From Octopus sinensis (lineage: Eukaryota): DNA of 64,000 nucleotides. The position numbers and the translations under genes were made by a program. This document shows, one piece after another, positions 1 to 12,960 of this stretch. The notes under the pieces were generated by a model. It saw only the letters and a list, made by a program, of their open reading frames with translations. It ran no database searches and was not told the DNA's origin. The stretch spans positions 27,776,001-27,840,000 of the forward strand of contig NC_043009.1 in NCBI RefSeq assembly GCF_006345805.1, given 5' to 3'. Position 1 is the first letter of the stretch; the number at the start of each line of letters is the position of its first letter.

Positions 1-313
1 CATAAATTAAAGCAACCTCTTGTTAGCATCAATAAAACAAGTAGGCTCTGCATAAAGCAAAATAAATGCTTGAATAGACATTAAAATAATTTCTTTGTTT
101 AATGGTATCATTTCTGGCACTCTACCATTTTTTGACACTCTATCAATTTATTTTAGCTATAATTTCTTCTAACTATGCCAAAACTGTTTGTATTTGAATA
201 AAATAACTCCAATATATCACTGATACCATTTTTCAATAGTCATTTCTAAGAGAAAAAATTAAATTGTTTGGCAATGAAGAAATGATGATCTTTAAAGAGG
301 TATCATAAATAAT

Positions 314-526
314 CTTTTCTACTCTAGGAACAAGGCCCAAAATTTTGGGGAAGGGGCCAGTCGATTAGATTGACACCAGTACACAACTGAGAATTAATTT
401 ATCGACCTTGAAAGGATGAAAGGCAAAGTCAATCTCAGCAGAATTTGAATTCAGAATGTAAAGACAGAAAAAATACCACTAAGTATTTCATCTGGCGTGC
501 TAATGTTTCTGCCAGTTTGCCGCCTT
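314..526 (-). mobile_element. tRNA-derived SINE, family B, full length with TSD
   Basis: Minus strand begins AAGGCGGC-AAACTGGCAGAAAC, has a B-box-like TTCTGAATTCAAATTC and the central motif GACTTTGCCTTTCATCCTTTC. Flanked by a perfect 18-bp direct repeat AGAGGTATCATAAATAAT (296-313 and 527-544). Confidence 0.92.
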
Positions 527-1699
527 AGAGGTATCATAAATAATAGTGAAGAAATACTACAAATCTGCATGGTTTTCTATTTGGCATCCTCTTCTTATCG
601 ATGTTGAAAGGAATTTAATAGGCTTTGCAGATATGAACATTTACAAATTTTCAAATTGCTATTGGGTACCGTTTTTATCATATGCACTACCTATCTGTAA
701 AGTGAGAGCATACGTAAACCTTCAATAAGTCTCTCAGTAACAGACTTCCAAGAAGAAAGATTGAACTGTCAGAATTATTGTTTATGAACACAGACTTCTT
801 AGCTATTTCGAAATCTCTTGACAGAAAATAGTAGTCAGTCTCAATTAACAATAAAATATTTTGAATGAGACAAAGTAGTTATAAATACATTTCACCTAAA
901 ATCAATGATAATGACAAAATTTGCATACCTATCCAATCTGTTAAAAAAAATGACAGAAAGTAAGTTTTTGAACGACGAAATAAAATTCGATTAATTTTCT
1001 AATTTTAGTCAGTTGCTTTTCATTGTGTTTTAGTATTGTTTTTGTTATTTTTCCATTTTCAAAAGTTCTAGTGCATTCCTTCACTCTATTATTACCATTT
1101 CTAACAATGCACTTGTGGAACTTGCAGAGTATCAACTGTCTTTTACTTAATTTCAGAATACAATTTAAGATCATAAGTTCAAATTTAGTTCTGCATATTT
1201 AATTACAAAAGGGTACGGGAAAAGAATGTGTGGTGGAGTATGTTCGAAGTACATAGTAATGTGATCAAAATCAGATATTCTACATACATTTTCAGACTGT
1301 GTGACTACATATGAATTGCCATAAATAGATAAACACTTACAAAGAGAGATGAAGACAAACTGACTGATAGAGAGAGAGAGGTTGACTCCAACTAACCGGG
1401 CTCAATTCACAAGAACATTGGTATGCTTATGTATGTGGAATCACAAAAGATCACACTTATTCCTTCTGTCACACACACACACACACACAAGCAAACACAT
1501 ATGCTCATACACATATACATACACAAACCCAGTATCACACGCACACACATGCATGTGTATGTGGCGGGGTATATCCTTGTTAACTCACAAATAAAGAATA
1601 TTTACCCACCAATGTGGTGTTCAACACTCATTCTCACTGTTTGATATTAGTGTATAAATATATATTATCATCATCATCATCTAATGTCCACTTTCCATA

Positions 1700-1809
1700 C
1701 TGGATGGGTTGGATACACACGCACACACACACACACATAAATACATACATATATGTATATAGACATATATATGTATATATATATGTATATATGTATGTAT
1801 ATAAGTATA

Positions 1810-1843
<34 letters not shown>

Positions 1844-1900
1844 ACATATACTTATATACATACATATATACATATATATATATATACATATAATATATAC

Positions 1901-1938
<38 letters not shown>

Positions 1939-1991
1939 ATATATATATGTATGTATATATATATATATGTATGTATATATATATATGTATG

Positions 1992-2023
<32 letters not shown>

Positions 2024-2060
2024 ATATATATATATATATATAATATATATATATATATAT

Positions 2061-2091
<31 letters not shown>

Positions 2092-2100
2092 GTGTGTGGG
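1700..2100. repeat. Compound (TA)n/(CA)n/(TATG)n microsatellite
   Basis: Directly visible; explains the YI/IY-rich ORFs in the track. Confidence 0.97.
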
Positions 2101-2479
2101 CAAGATCTAATATATAATTTCTCATTTGAAATAAGATAGCCAAATCTATTTATCAGTTTTAATAAAAGTAAGGAATGGTGTGTTAAAGAGGCAGGATTGG
2201 AGCAGAAAATCAATCAGTTTCCATTTGTAAAGTTATTTCTGTCAAAATCAATAGCTCTAATAGGAGGGGAGTTGACATTCAGAAGTGGTTTCTGTTAAAA
2301 ACGAGATTAGGGAATGTATATATGCATAAATTTATGTATACAAATATATTTATATTGAATACAATTTATGGAGAACATTTGAGGAAGCATTAAATTTTCC
2401 TCATTTTAAGCTATGTTCATTCTGCATTAAATGAGCTGAACTTATTTAATGCTGAGTGAACATGGCTTGTCATTGTGTG

Positions 2480-2778
2480 TATGTGTGTATATGATATATA
2501 TGTGTGTGAGTATGTTTGTGTGGGTGTGTGTTTGTTTGTATGTGTGTATGTGTGTGTGTTTGTGCACACATATATACCTATATGCATGTATGTAGATATA
2601 TATATATATAATATATATACACAAATATATATGTGTGTACACACGAATGTGAAGGAAAACTCTTTTATCATTATCATTACCATATCTATGGTTATTATTA
2701 TTATTATTGCTGTTGTTGTTGTTGTTGTTATTGTTGTCATTATTACGTGTGCATACATGTGTGTAGGAAAAATATATG

Positions 2779-2850
<72 letters not shown>

Positions 2851-2960
2851 TTATATATATATACATATATATACACATAGAGAGAGAGAGATGGATAGAC
2901 AGATAGATAGATATTGTGGGTATATATATGTGTAGTACGTGTTTATTATATCTGTACACA
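2480..2960. repeat. Compound (TG)n/(TTA)n/(TTG)n/(TA)n microsatellite
   Basis: Directly visible. Confidence 0.95.
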
Positions 2961-3049
2961 CATTTATATACACATAAATTAGGTGTATGTTATCTATGTG
3001 AAATAAACTGTAATTACATAACTCAAACTGTAGTTTTGTTCAGTTGGTC

Positions 3050-4250
3050 AGCTATTATGTAACTGCAGATTTGAAATTAATCAGCTGATTATCGGCAGTG
3101 TACATTGTTGGTTGTAAACTGTCATATATCAGGAGTGCCTTCTTTGAAATTATCCATAAAGAATTTTAACATGTGTTGGCAGAATGAGATTAGTTCATTC
3201 TGTTAATTTAAGAGTGTGGTAGGATGGTATTTGTTTTAGAGACAGAAGTCAGGATTATGATCTATTTTTAAATTCCTGTGTCTTATCTAACACTGATTAT
3301 AAGATGTTGGAAATGCCTCTTGTGTTTCTCAATTTCCAAATGTGCTTTGAAAATGCTGTGGTACTCTCCAAGTGGTACTGATTGAACGACCGATTGCTCT
3401 GATGCAGGCAACATTTGAAGAAGTTAAGTCAATGTAGCTGTGTAGCTGGCGAACTTGATATAGCTTGTTAATGTGGAGTCATCAGCCTTGTATACAATAT
3501 TTAGAGTAAATGTATACCTTTTGGGATGTAGAATTCTCTGTTTCTGCAATAACATGCCAGCTCTACCTTTGGTCATTTAGTATTTTGCTTTGTAATTGTG
3601 AATGCCATCAGTTATTTTTTCATACAACTGTAGCTCATCTTACTATACTTTATATTAGACAAACTGTACCAAGTAATATTTCTTTTCTTAGTCTTTATGG
3701 TGGTTATTTGATGGTGTTCATGAGTATTTGTTCTTTCTGGGTATCAGCTACATGATAGTGGTTCACTGTTGAACTCTAACAGCTTCATGACAGAATAATG
3801 AACTTATCTTCTTGCTGATGAACCATTCAAACATTATTAATATATCTGGTTGGTACTGGGTTATGTATGGCTAAGCAACTAGGCCTGTTTGGTTTCTTAA
3901 AGGACTCAAACAGAATTTTTTAAGTTGTATTTACTGGTTCAAAAGTGTGGCTGCCTTCCGTGTTGAAAATTACGAGCCAGTCATCTTTGCACACACCTGT
4001 GCTAAAGCCATCAGAAATGCTTTCCATTTCATAGAACAGAAACAAGCTTTCCAGCATGCACACTTTGATCTCAAAGCTCCCCATGGCAACATCAAAATTA
4101 GCTGTTCTGTCATTCTAAACCCAACAAGCGTCTTCGTTAGGAAGTATGAGATCTGTCAAACATGTATAATGACATTCAATTTGCTTTCTGTGATATTACA
4201 GCATCTTCTGACGAAATTCATGGCATTTGGAAGAAGTTTTTTTGGATTAT
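3050..4250 (-). mobile_element. Decayed RTE-clade LINE fragment (APE endonuclease C-half, linker, start of RT)
   Basis: Manual minus-strand translation with stops and frameshifts gives VAMGSFEIKVC (4090-4058; cf. IxMGDFNAKVG), FKKP and NQI-Y (~3900-3840; cf. FKKP...NQIDYIL), then LILPTHVKIL-WIISKK (~3189-3140; cf. ISLxSHAxKILxxIIxxR). The spacing of ~920 nt fits one RTE ORF. Confidence 0.7.
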
Positions 4251-4729
4251 GGAAGGATAATAATCAACAATATCAAATTATATATTTTTTTTTTTTTTTG
4301 GTTCTTGACCCTTTTGAAACATGTGATGATTGATGCAATGCTGTTCCACTGATTCATATTCACAGATTACATTGTCAGTGATTAATCTAAGATTGTTTTA
4401 CCAAAATCACTTTTGCTTAGATTAATGAGTCTACAGTTCTGTGAGACTTCAAAGTTTTATTTTTATATCCTTCGGTTTGATGAAGGCTGTATTTTTTTAT
4501 GGAGTAGCATTTAAGTTTGTCAAGTTTATAAAGTAATCCTGCTTTATAATCATTCCTAACCTCATCACCACCATCATCATCATCATCATTATTATTATTA
4601 TTATTGGTAGTAATACTAATTCAAGAATTGCAGTTGGTATTATTGTTTTTGTTGTTATTAATATCGTTAATTACCAATAGTCTATATTTGATCCTCCCTT
4701 CTTTCTTTTTTTCTCTTTTTCTATAATTC

Positions 4730-5700
4730 TTGAAACAAGCCATAATACACAAAACTACCACTTCTAAGGTTGTCTTAGATGTTATGTTTTGTAGTTATCA
4801 CTTGCACTTCTGTGTTGATTTCATTTTCTGTGTTGACGCTGCTTGTTTTATTGGATTTTGTTCTGCTTTTGTGCAAAAGGTTGTTGTGTCTCTGCTTACC
4901 TTATATCAATTCCTTGTTTTATCTGCAAGTACGAATAGACTTCTGGTGGATTTTATTGTTATTAACTTCAAGCTTAGCTCATCAAGGAAATCTTTCTATT
5001 ATTAATATTCTACATTCTTAGCTAAGTGAAAAAAATATGTGGATAGTGGTTAGGGTATTGGACTCATAATCCTAGAAGCATGAGTTCAAATCTGGGGTCA
5101 TGCAGTGCATTGCAACCTTGACCAACGTACTTCCTTTCTTGTCTTTTCAACTGAAAATATTGTGAGAAGAATGCTGGAGCAGCCCTCTTTCCCTCCAGCT
5201 CTTACCTTATTTGTGTACCACAGGGTCATTGATAAGACGATCAAGCAAGTTCCTATGTGTGCTCACAACAATGGAAGCATCTCAGATAATTGGCAAAAGT
5301 ATGGAACATGCTAACAAGCCATGTTAATTTACATGTGATAGCTAGGTCCTATTTTTCTTTTACTAAGTTACGAAGGTCCATTTCAAATGCATCTCATTCT
5401 TTGTTTTTCAGTGGTGTTTTCTCCAAATTTGAATATAGGACTGATTTCATCTTGTGATGCTTTATTGTCTTTCTTCTCAGACCTTCTACACTGATTTACC
5501 ATTCTTTTTCCTAGACAAGTGTTGTCAAAGAGACTTTTGTGTACTTACTCTTACTTGTGGTAACATTTGCTCAGAATGGGTTGAGCTGCTCCAACCAGTA
5601 AGTTTATGATATACCTCATGAGTGCTGATCTATGAACTTTCCTGAAGGGTATTAAATTGTCTTTCATCATATAACTCATGTCTATTCTTTCTATTCTCTC
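4730..5700 (-). mobile_element. Decayed Penelope-like element (probably Naiad-type), N-terminal ORF region, interrupted by a SINE
   Basis: Minus-strand translation gives IDMSYMMKDNLIPF (~5680), KTPLKNKE*DAFEMDLRNL (~5410-5365), FLDELSLKLITIKSTRSLFVLADKTRN*YKV (~4990-4900) and, after a frameshift, HNNLLHKSRTKSNKTSSVNTENEINTEVQVIT. This matches the remembered pattern FENDL...IKS...ADKTRNLY...Y-KLL--NITK-YKK...IN-EAK of invertebrate PLE reverse transcriptases. Confidence 0.75.
5035..5335 (+). mobile_element. Old tRNA-derived SINE with CORE-like segment, inserted into the PLE remnant
   Basis: A-box-like GATAGTGGTTAGGG and B-box-like GAGTTCAAATC, followed by a degenerate CCTTGACCAACGTACTT (cf. 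CORE CCTTGAGCAAGNCACTT). Confidence 0.6.
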
Positions 5701-6530
5701 TATTCTATGCTTATATTTAATAGTCATCTACGTATATAGTGTTTGACATGTGGAAATGATTCTATACGCTTTTTTTCTTTTTGCTTATGTTGTTATCCAT
5801 AAACATAATGTGTTTATCATCTCTTTGCATTGAAAGTATGTAGAGTCTAATATATGTTAATTTATGTGTAAAATAAACTGAGATTATACTGTATGTATCA
5901 ACCAAAAATGTCAATAGTTTCAGAATGTAATAATTGTTTCTAATTTAGGCACAAAGCCGGCAATATTTGAGGAGAAATATTAGTCAGCACAATTTATTCC
6001 AGTCAGTTTTACCGGCCCCAGAGAGATGATTGACAAAGTTGACCCAGGCAGATTTGATCTCAGAATGTAAAAAGTTAGGAAAAATTAGTCATTTTTCTGA
6101 TGCTCTTATAATTCTGCCATCCTCAGTTGTTGTCTGTCATGCTTTTAGGAAGAATTCCTTCTTGGAAATTCTCATTGAAAAATTTGGGAATTTGGTGGTA
6201 AATCAATGTCAATTTGTTTTGTATTTAATTTAAGATTAGGTTAGGGTAGAAAATGGTGTGAAACTTTGGCTATAAGGTAAAAGAGATCCCACTATCATTC
6301 CCCATTTAATAATTTAATTTATGAGTTGAAGAGATAATCAACTCTTTATTCAACAGGTGTCTCAGATCAAAGTGGTTATGACATTCAAAGTAGCATGGCC
6401 CTCCCACACCTTAACCACCTAGGAAGGTACAGATTAAAACACAAACGGTAACACAAATGTGGCAGCAGAAAGTTCTACAGGAATCTTGATCTAGATGTCA
6501 CCTGAGCCCCTTTAAATTTTAAGGGATTAA

Positions 6531-6747
6531 CCCATTAACATTCAGATTACTTGATCAAATATAATACTAGTTTATTTACATTTTATAAAATTAATCTTGT
6601 ATTATCCCATAGCTTTGAGATTTCGAAGATATGACTGCTTATTTTTTGGAAGACATTACAGGGTTGATGTGAGAGGCTGGATCTGACCAGTTTCAACATA
6701 AAACAGAAATATTTGGACTGGATATGGCTGGCTTAAATGCTAAAAGG
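6531..6747. mobile_element. piggyBac-like non-autonomous element (MITE)
   Basis: Ends TTAA-CCCATTAACATT ... AATGCTAAAAGG-TTAA form imperfect TIRs, with TTAA at 6527-6530 and 6748-6751. Confidence 0.8.
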
Positions 6748-7984
6748 TTAAAGGCCAAATGATTTGTATGATGGCAAGGGTTTCTTCTTTGAAGACCTTC
6801 TGTCATTTAGTTCTCCTAAGACCTTCTCACTTCTCCCTATTCTCAGAAAAAAGTTTATTCTAAGGTAGATATGTTCCACTGGCATCAATAGAACTTTTTT
6901 TTTTAGCTAGACAGTCATTTTCCACTCTACAAAAAACACCATTCTCTTCAAATCTGTGAGTTATGGCACCATTTTTTTCCCACCATTACTCTCATATCTG
7001 TATTGATTTATCTTTCCTATTGCTATTCCAGCTTCTATTTTAGAATCAACCCCATCCCTCTCCCCCCCTGTTTCCCCACAACCACCACCACATTAAATTC
7101 TGACCCCTGCCAGTTGTTCAACAATCACTTTTCCATTTTTTTCTCTCCCCATTTTAATCAATTCCAGTTCCATAAGTGTGCCATAGTTGAATAGCCAATA
7201 CGGTACTGGGTTGCATTGGAGCTGGAATTGTTACCAACTGAATGGTTGAATGTTATTCTTTTTTCTTTCAAATCTGTTATCTAAATAATATTTTGTTTGT
7301 AAAGAACAAAATGAAATGGTTTATTGTGTAATCCCACAGAGTATTCTCAGAAAATACAGATATTCTTTGTACTTAGTTAACTCTTTCATTCCAATATCTA
7401 ATTTGTTGTTGTAAAAACAACAAAAAGAAGAGAGAAACACCATTAATGGCACTTTTGTCACACAAGTTGTTTGTATTTTGTTTTCATAATCTAATTGTAT
7501 TGAGATTTTTAAAATCCCTTATGTATTGTGATTATTAAAAAAACAATACAAAACAGTAATAATGACAGCAGATTAATTTGGTATTTGATGGGTTAAAAGG
7601 CCAGACATCTCATGCTGAGGAGATTGATCGATATTTCGATGAAATACCTCAATTATATTAGAGTCATTTGTTGAACCAAAAGAGATGGGCCTATTTCTTC
7701 CTTTAATAAATAATGGGAGGAATAAAGTGAAGCCAGCCAGTGCTGTTCAATTCATAATGGTTTATTATTGATACACAGAAGCAAGAACAGTGTTAGGAAA
7801 ATGCTTTGGGGGGAAAAATGGTTTTGAGGAAATATATAGTGTGAGAAATATTCTGCATATAAAGTAGCTTAAAAATGATAGGGCCAAAGAGTTCAGTGTA
7901 ATGTAAACTGGTGAAGGGACTGAAGGAACTAACGAAAAGCCAAGTAATGAAGGAATTGAGCATAGCAAAAGAGGAAAGCTTCAC

Positions 7985-8270
7985 TAACCCATGCTGGTGT
8001 CACATCAAAAGCATCCATGCTGATGTCAGTTACAAAGCACCCGTACTGGTGCCATGGAAGAAGTAAACGTGCTGGTGCCATGTAAAAAGCACAAAGTATG
8101 TTCTGTAAAGGGGTTGATGTTAGGAAGGGCATCCATCTGTAGAAACCATGCCAAAACAGACAATTGGATCCTGGAGCAGCTCTTTGGCTTCCCAGCTCCT
8201 ATCAAACTATTCAATCCATGCCGGCATGGAAAACAGACGTTAAATGCTGCTGCTGCTGATGATGATGATG
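7985..8270 (+). mobile_element. SINE family C (RTE-related bipartite type), 3' part
   Basis: TTAGGAAGGGCATCCATCTGTAGAAAC ... CATGCCGGCATGGAAAACAGACGTTAAA, then a (GAT)n tail; same motifs as 13580, 28120 and 56790. Confidence 0.85.
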
Positions 8271-8928
8271 TAGTATTAGATATATTCTTCAGATGAAATA
8301 ACTTAAAGATGATAGAGCAATAGAGGAAAGTTTCACTAAGCATCAGCGAGGGTTTTACATTAATAGTCAATGAGATAGCTTTAAGATGTTATTGCTATTG
8401 GCTTTGAAATGCCATTGGTTGTCTGGCCTTGATAAAGTTACTATTGTCCAGTAAGAAATTTCATAACCAATATAAGTATTAATAATATATGTGCATATTT
8501 AAATATCAGCTCTACCACTGTTTTTTCATGCTGTCATGAGTTAGATTAAAACTTGTGGAGACCCATTTATTTTGGTCTGTTGCTTTGCCTGTTATCAACA
8601 CTTACCTGTATTTTTTTTACAATTTAGTTATCCTACACATGCATGCAAGTATACATAAACACATACATACATACATACATACCTACATACATACACACAC
8701 ATCTGTCTATAGAGAGATAGAGAGATGTGTAAATAAGTGTATATGTTTCTTCCTCCTCCTTCTCCTCTTTTCAGTGTCCTCTTTTCAGTGTCCACTTTTC
8801 TATGCTTCGATGGATTAGATGTAGCCTATTGAGACGTGATTTTATGGCCAGATACCTTTCTATACCTGTCCACACCCTCCATGTTTATAAAGGTAATATT
8901 TCCACATAGATTTGAGTGTTTGTATACA

Positions 8929-8974
<46 letters not shown>

Positions 8975-9024
8975 CACACACGCCACACACACACAAACAA
9001 ACACACACATACACACACATATAT

Positions 9025-9245
9025 ATTCTTTACTCTTTTACTGTCTTATTTGTTTCAGTCATTTGGCTGTGGCCATGCTGGAGTACCACCTTTAGTCGAA
9101 AAAGTCGACCCTAGGACTCATTCTTTGTAAACCTAGTACTTATTCTGTTGGTCTCTTTTGCTGAACCTCTGAGTTACAGAGACATAAACACACCACCATC
9201 GGTTGTCTAGCGATGGTGGGGGGACAAACACAGGAACACAAAGAT
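9025..9245 (-). mobile_element. SINE family A, 3' half
   Basis: Reverse complement of the family A tail CTCCAGCATGGCCACAG...GACTGAAACAA.TAA. Confidence 0.85.
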
Positions 9246-9259
9246 GCACACACACACAC

Positions 9260-9296
<37 letters not shown>

Positions 9297-9312
9297 ACAA
9301 ACATACACACAC

Positions 9313-9530
9313 AAGGCAAACTGGCAGAGTCCTTAGTATCCTGACGGAGTTGCTTTGTAGCATTTCGTATGCCTTTAGGTTTGAGTTCAAATTCTAGTGA
9401 GGATGACTTTGGCCTTTCATCCTTTTGTGGGGTTGATAAAATAAGCACCCATTAAGTGTTGGGAGTGATGTAATTGACACTTATGCCCCCCTCTGAAATT
9501 ATTGGCCTTGTGCCAAAATTTGAAATCAAT
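9313..9530 (+). mobile_element. SINE family B, degenerate
   Basis: AAGGC-AAACTGGCAGA head, TTTGAGTTCAAATTC, CTTTCATCCTTT...GTTGATAAAATAAG, tail GGCCTTGTGCCAAAATTTGAAATC. Confidence 0.85.
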
Positions 9531-9574
9531 ACACACACATATGTATATATATGTGAGTTTATACATATATATAT

Positions 9575-9618
<44 letters not shown>

Positions 9619-11160
9619 CAGCTATATATACATAAACAGATATATATATATATATATATACACATATATATACACATATATATACACATACATAGACAGA
9701 TATATATATATATACACATACATAGACAGATATATATATATATATATATATGTGTGTATATATGTATATATATATATATGTGTGTATATATGTATATATA
9801 TATATATGTGTGTATATATGTATATATATATATATACATATTTATATATATATTGTATTATATTTATATATATATTGTATTATATTTATATATATATATA
9901 TACATATTTATATATATATTGTATTATATTTATATATATATTGTATTATATTTATATATATATATATATATACACATACATAGACAGATATATATATATA
10001 TACATATTTATATATATATATATGTGTATATATATATATATACATATTTATATATATATATATATGTGTGTATATATGTATATATATATATATACACATA
10101 TATATACACACACATATATATACACATATATATACACACACATATATATATATATATGTGTGTATATATGTATATATATATATATAATATATATATATAT
10201 ATAATATATATATATATACATATATATATCAATGTAAGTGTATGTATGTATGTATATATATGATGTGTGTGTTGAGAGAGAAAACATTTCTAAATTTAGT
10301 CTTTTTGCTTCTTATTGTTCACGGTTTAAGACATTTATAACATAACATTTAGTTTTTTTTGCTGAAATGCTATTTTCGTTTATATTTTTTTATTATTATT
10401 ATACCAAAGCAGAGAAATGATAGTGTAAACATTTTATAATATTACAGTGTTGATTTGTATACAATTTGATCAAATAACAATTTGTTGTCTTTGATGATAG
10501 TCATACTTTTGACTAACGACAGTAATTTGCTTTTGACAACAATAATGCCTGACATATCACCAAAAAATCAAACAGTGTGGTATAAAGATTTATTGAATTA
10601 GATATGAAGCTCTAATATATTTATTAGATATGAAGATCTAAAAGTTATTCAGAAGGAAAATAGGAACTTGTGGCTGGTGTTCATTTCTAAACACATTAGA
10701 TAAAGCCATTCTGACCAAGAATCCAAACAAGGTGCTAGACAATATTTGGTGGTAATTTATTGCTCTGCTTAAGGGTTATTAAGGCTGTGAAATGCCAATT
10801 ATTATTTTTTATTTATTTATTCATTTTTATGTAGAGTTTAAGGGTAAGAGAGAGTTCTGTCTTTCCTAAAATGAAGAAAGATTTCAACCAGAAACACTCT
10901 CCACATATATGCATACACACTCAGGTATGTATATATATATATGTGTGTATATATGTATATATATATATATATGTGTATATATATATATATATATATAATA
11001 TATATATATATACACATATATATACACATACATGTATATACATATACATATACACACACACACATATATATACACACACATGTATATACATATACATATA
11101 CACACACACATATATATACACACACATATATATATACATATTTATATATATATTGTATTA

Positions 11161-11210
<50 letters not shown>

Positions 11211-11225
11211 TATATGCATACATAT
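9530..11225. repeat. Two large mosaic (TA)n/(CA)n arrays (9530-10270 and 10900-11225) separated by unique AT-rich DNA
   Basis: Directly visible; both share the sub-unit TACATATTTATATATATATTGTATTATATTTATATA. Confidence 0.95.
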
Positions 11226-11329
11226 CACACTGTTCTGAATTCCTTATCAATTGCAGCCAGTTTCTTTTCTTTTTCTTTTTTTTTTTTGTAACTCAGTGGC
11301 TGTAAAACTCTGTTCCCTCTCATATATAT

Positions 11330-11505
11330 TTCTTCTTCCTCTTTCTCTCTGGAAGAAGGTTTCTGTCTGAAACGTCAGATTTTCCTCTCCTCATGGCAAC
11401 TTCATTCACTGTATGCTTTTTAATGATTTTACCAATGATACAAGTCTTGCCAATGCAGACCACCACCAACCACTTTGGAGTCTTTTTGATCATATATATA
11501 AATAT
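11330..11505 (+). mobile_element. Short (TA)n-abutting element with a minimal hammerhead-like motif (putative PLE pseudo-LTR derivative)
   Basis: 11346-11379 reads TCT-CTGGAAGA-AGG-TTTCTG-TCT-GAAAC-GTC-AGA. Stem I is TCT/AGA, stem II AGG/TCT, with a GUC triplet and one extra G in the core. Confidence 0.5.
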
Positions 11506-11700
11506 ATATGTGTGTGTGTGTGTTGTGTATGTATGTGTGCGTGTCCACATTGTCCTTATATGTCTGAGGAACTAGTCATGTTTTTCTTGAAATTTACAAA
11601 ACTTTAGGTAACATGAGATGCTCAGTCGACCCATTATACAATAAGTACAACTCCAACTGCATATAGTGGAGAGTACTTATATGAATGTGTGTGTGTATAT

Positions 11701-11755
<55 letters not shown>

Positions 11756-12520
11756 TGTGCGTGTGCGTGTGTATATATCGATGTATGTGTATATATGTCC
11801 AAACTATGCCAGCATGGGATACAGACGTTAAATGATGATGATGCCCATACATACACATATATTTATACATGCATGCACACACACACACACATGCATGCAC
11901 ACACATACATGCGTGCGTGTGCACACACACACATACGCCTATATATTCATGTATACAGACACACATATGCACACACAGAGAAAGAGAGAGAGAGAGGGAA
12001 AGTGAGTGAGAGAGAGGGAAAGTGAGTGAGAGAGAGAGAGAGAGAGAAAGACAGGCAGACAGATAAAGAAAGAAAGAAAAAGGAAATAAAGAAAAAATAG
12101 ATGCCAGGGAGAAAGAAAGACTAGGAAAGCCAATGAGAGTGAGAGAAAGATAGAGAGAAAAATGGAGAGAGGGAGAAAGAGGGAGAGAGTGTGTGTAAGT
12201 GAATGCTGAGAAATTTGATCAGCATATTTCTTCGAAGTGCCGTTGAACAATATTGGCAGCAACGAGAGAGTAATCAATATTATCAATAATTGTCAAGAAG
12301 TTAAAAGAAATGAAGAAGACTGAAACAAAAGAGCAACTCCATTCTGTGCAGTTTTAAGATAAAGAATATTTGGAATATTATTCATTGAGTTGGGGCCATG
12401 CAGATATCTAAGGCGGCAGAATTTATTTAGCTTCAGTCTGCTAAATCCTAAGTTTAAGTACGGTTAATATTAACTTTGTGTTTCATTTACCCGGAGTTGT
12501 CGGTAATATTACACTCTGTC

Positions 12521-12960
12521 CAGGCAGCGAGCTGGCAATATTGTTAGTACACTGGGTTGAAATGCTTAGCAGTATTTCGTCTGTCTTTACATCCTGAGTT
12601 CAAATTCCGAGGAGGTTGACTTTGCCTTTCATCCTTTCGGGGTCAATAAATTACATACCAGTTGCATACTAGGGTCAATCTCATCGATTGACCCCCTTCC
12701 TCAGACATTTTGAGCCTTTTGCCTAGAGTAGAAAAGAACGTTATACTCTGTCATAAGGTGGTGAACTGGTAAAATGTTTGGTGGCATTTTGTCTGTCTTA
12801 ACATTCTGAGTTCAAATTCTGTCAAAGCCGACTTTGCTTTTCATCATTTCATCTTTCTGTTTGATAAAATAAATACCAGTCATACATTGGGGGTCAATGT
12901 AAGCAACTTGACCCTGCCCCCAGAGTTGCTGGCCTTGTGCCAAAACTTGAAACCAGTATA
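12521..12960 (+). mobile_element. Two tandem SINE family B copies (12521-12738 and 12754-12960)
   Basis: Each has the head, GAGTTCAAATTC, GACTTTGC(C)TTTCATC and the GCCTT(T/G)TGCC tail. Confidence 0.88.

Noticed and set aside
4330-4500. Possible second RT-start fragment (QNCRLINL...EQ) on the minus strand
   Set aside because: Only one short motif, and out of order relative to the RTE remnant at 3050-4250; not enough support.
5515-5597. Apparent plus-strand exon (TTTTTCCTAG| ... |GTAAGT, two open frames)
   Set aside because: Lies inside the minus-strand Penelope-like remnant, which explains the sequence; the splice signals are probably fortuitous, although exonisation is not excluded.
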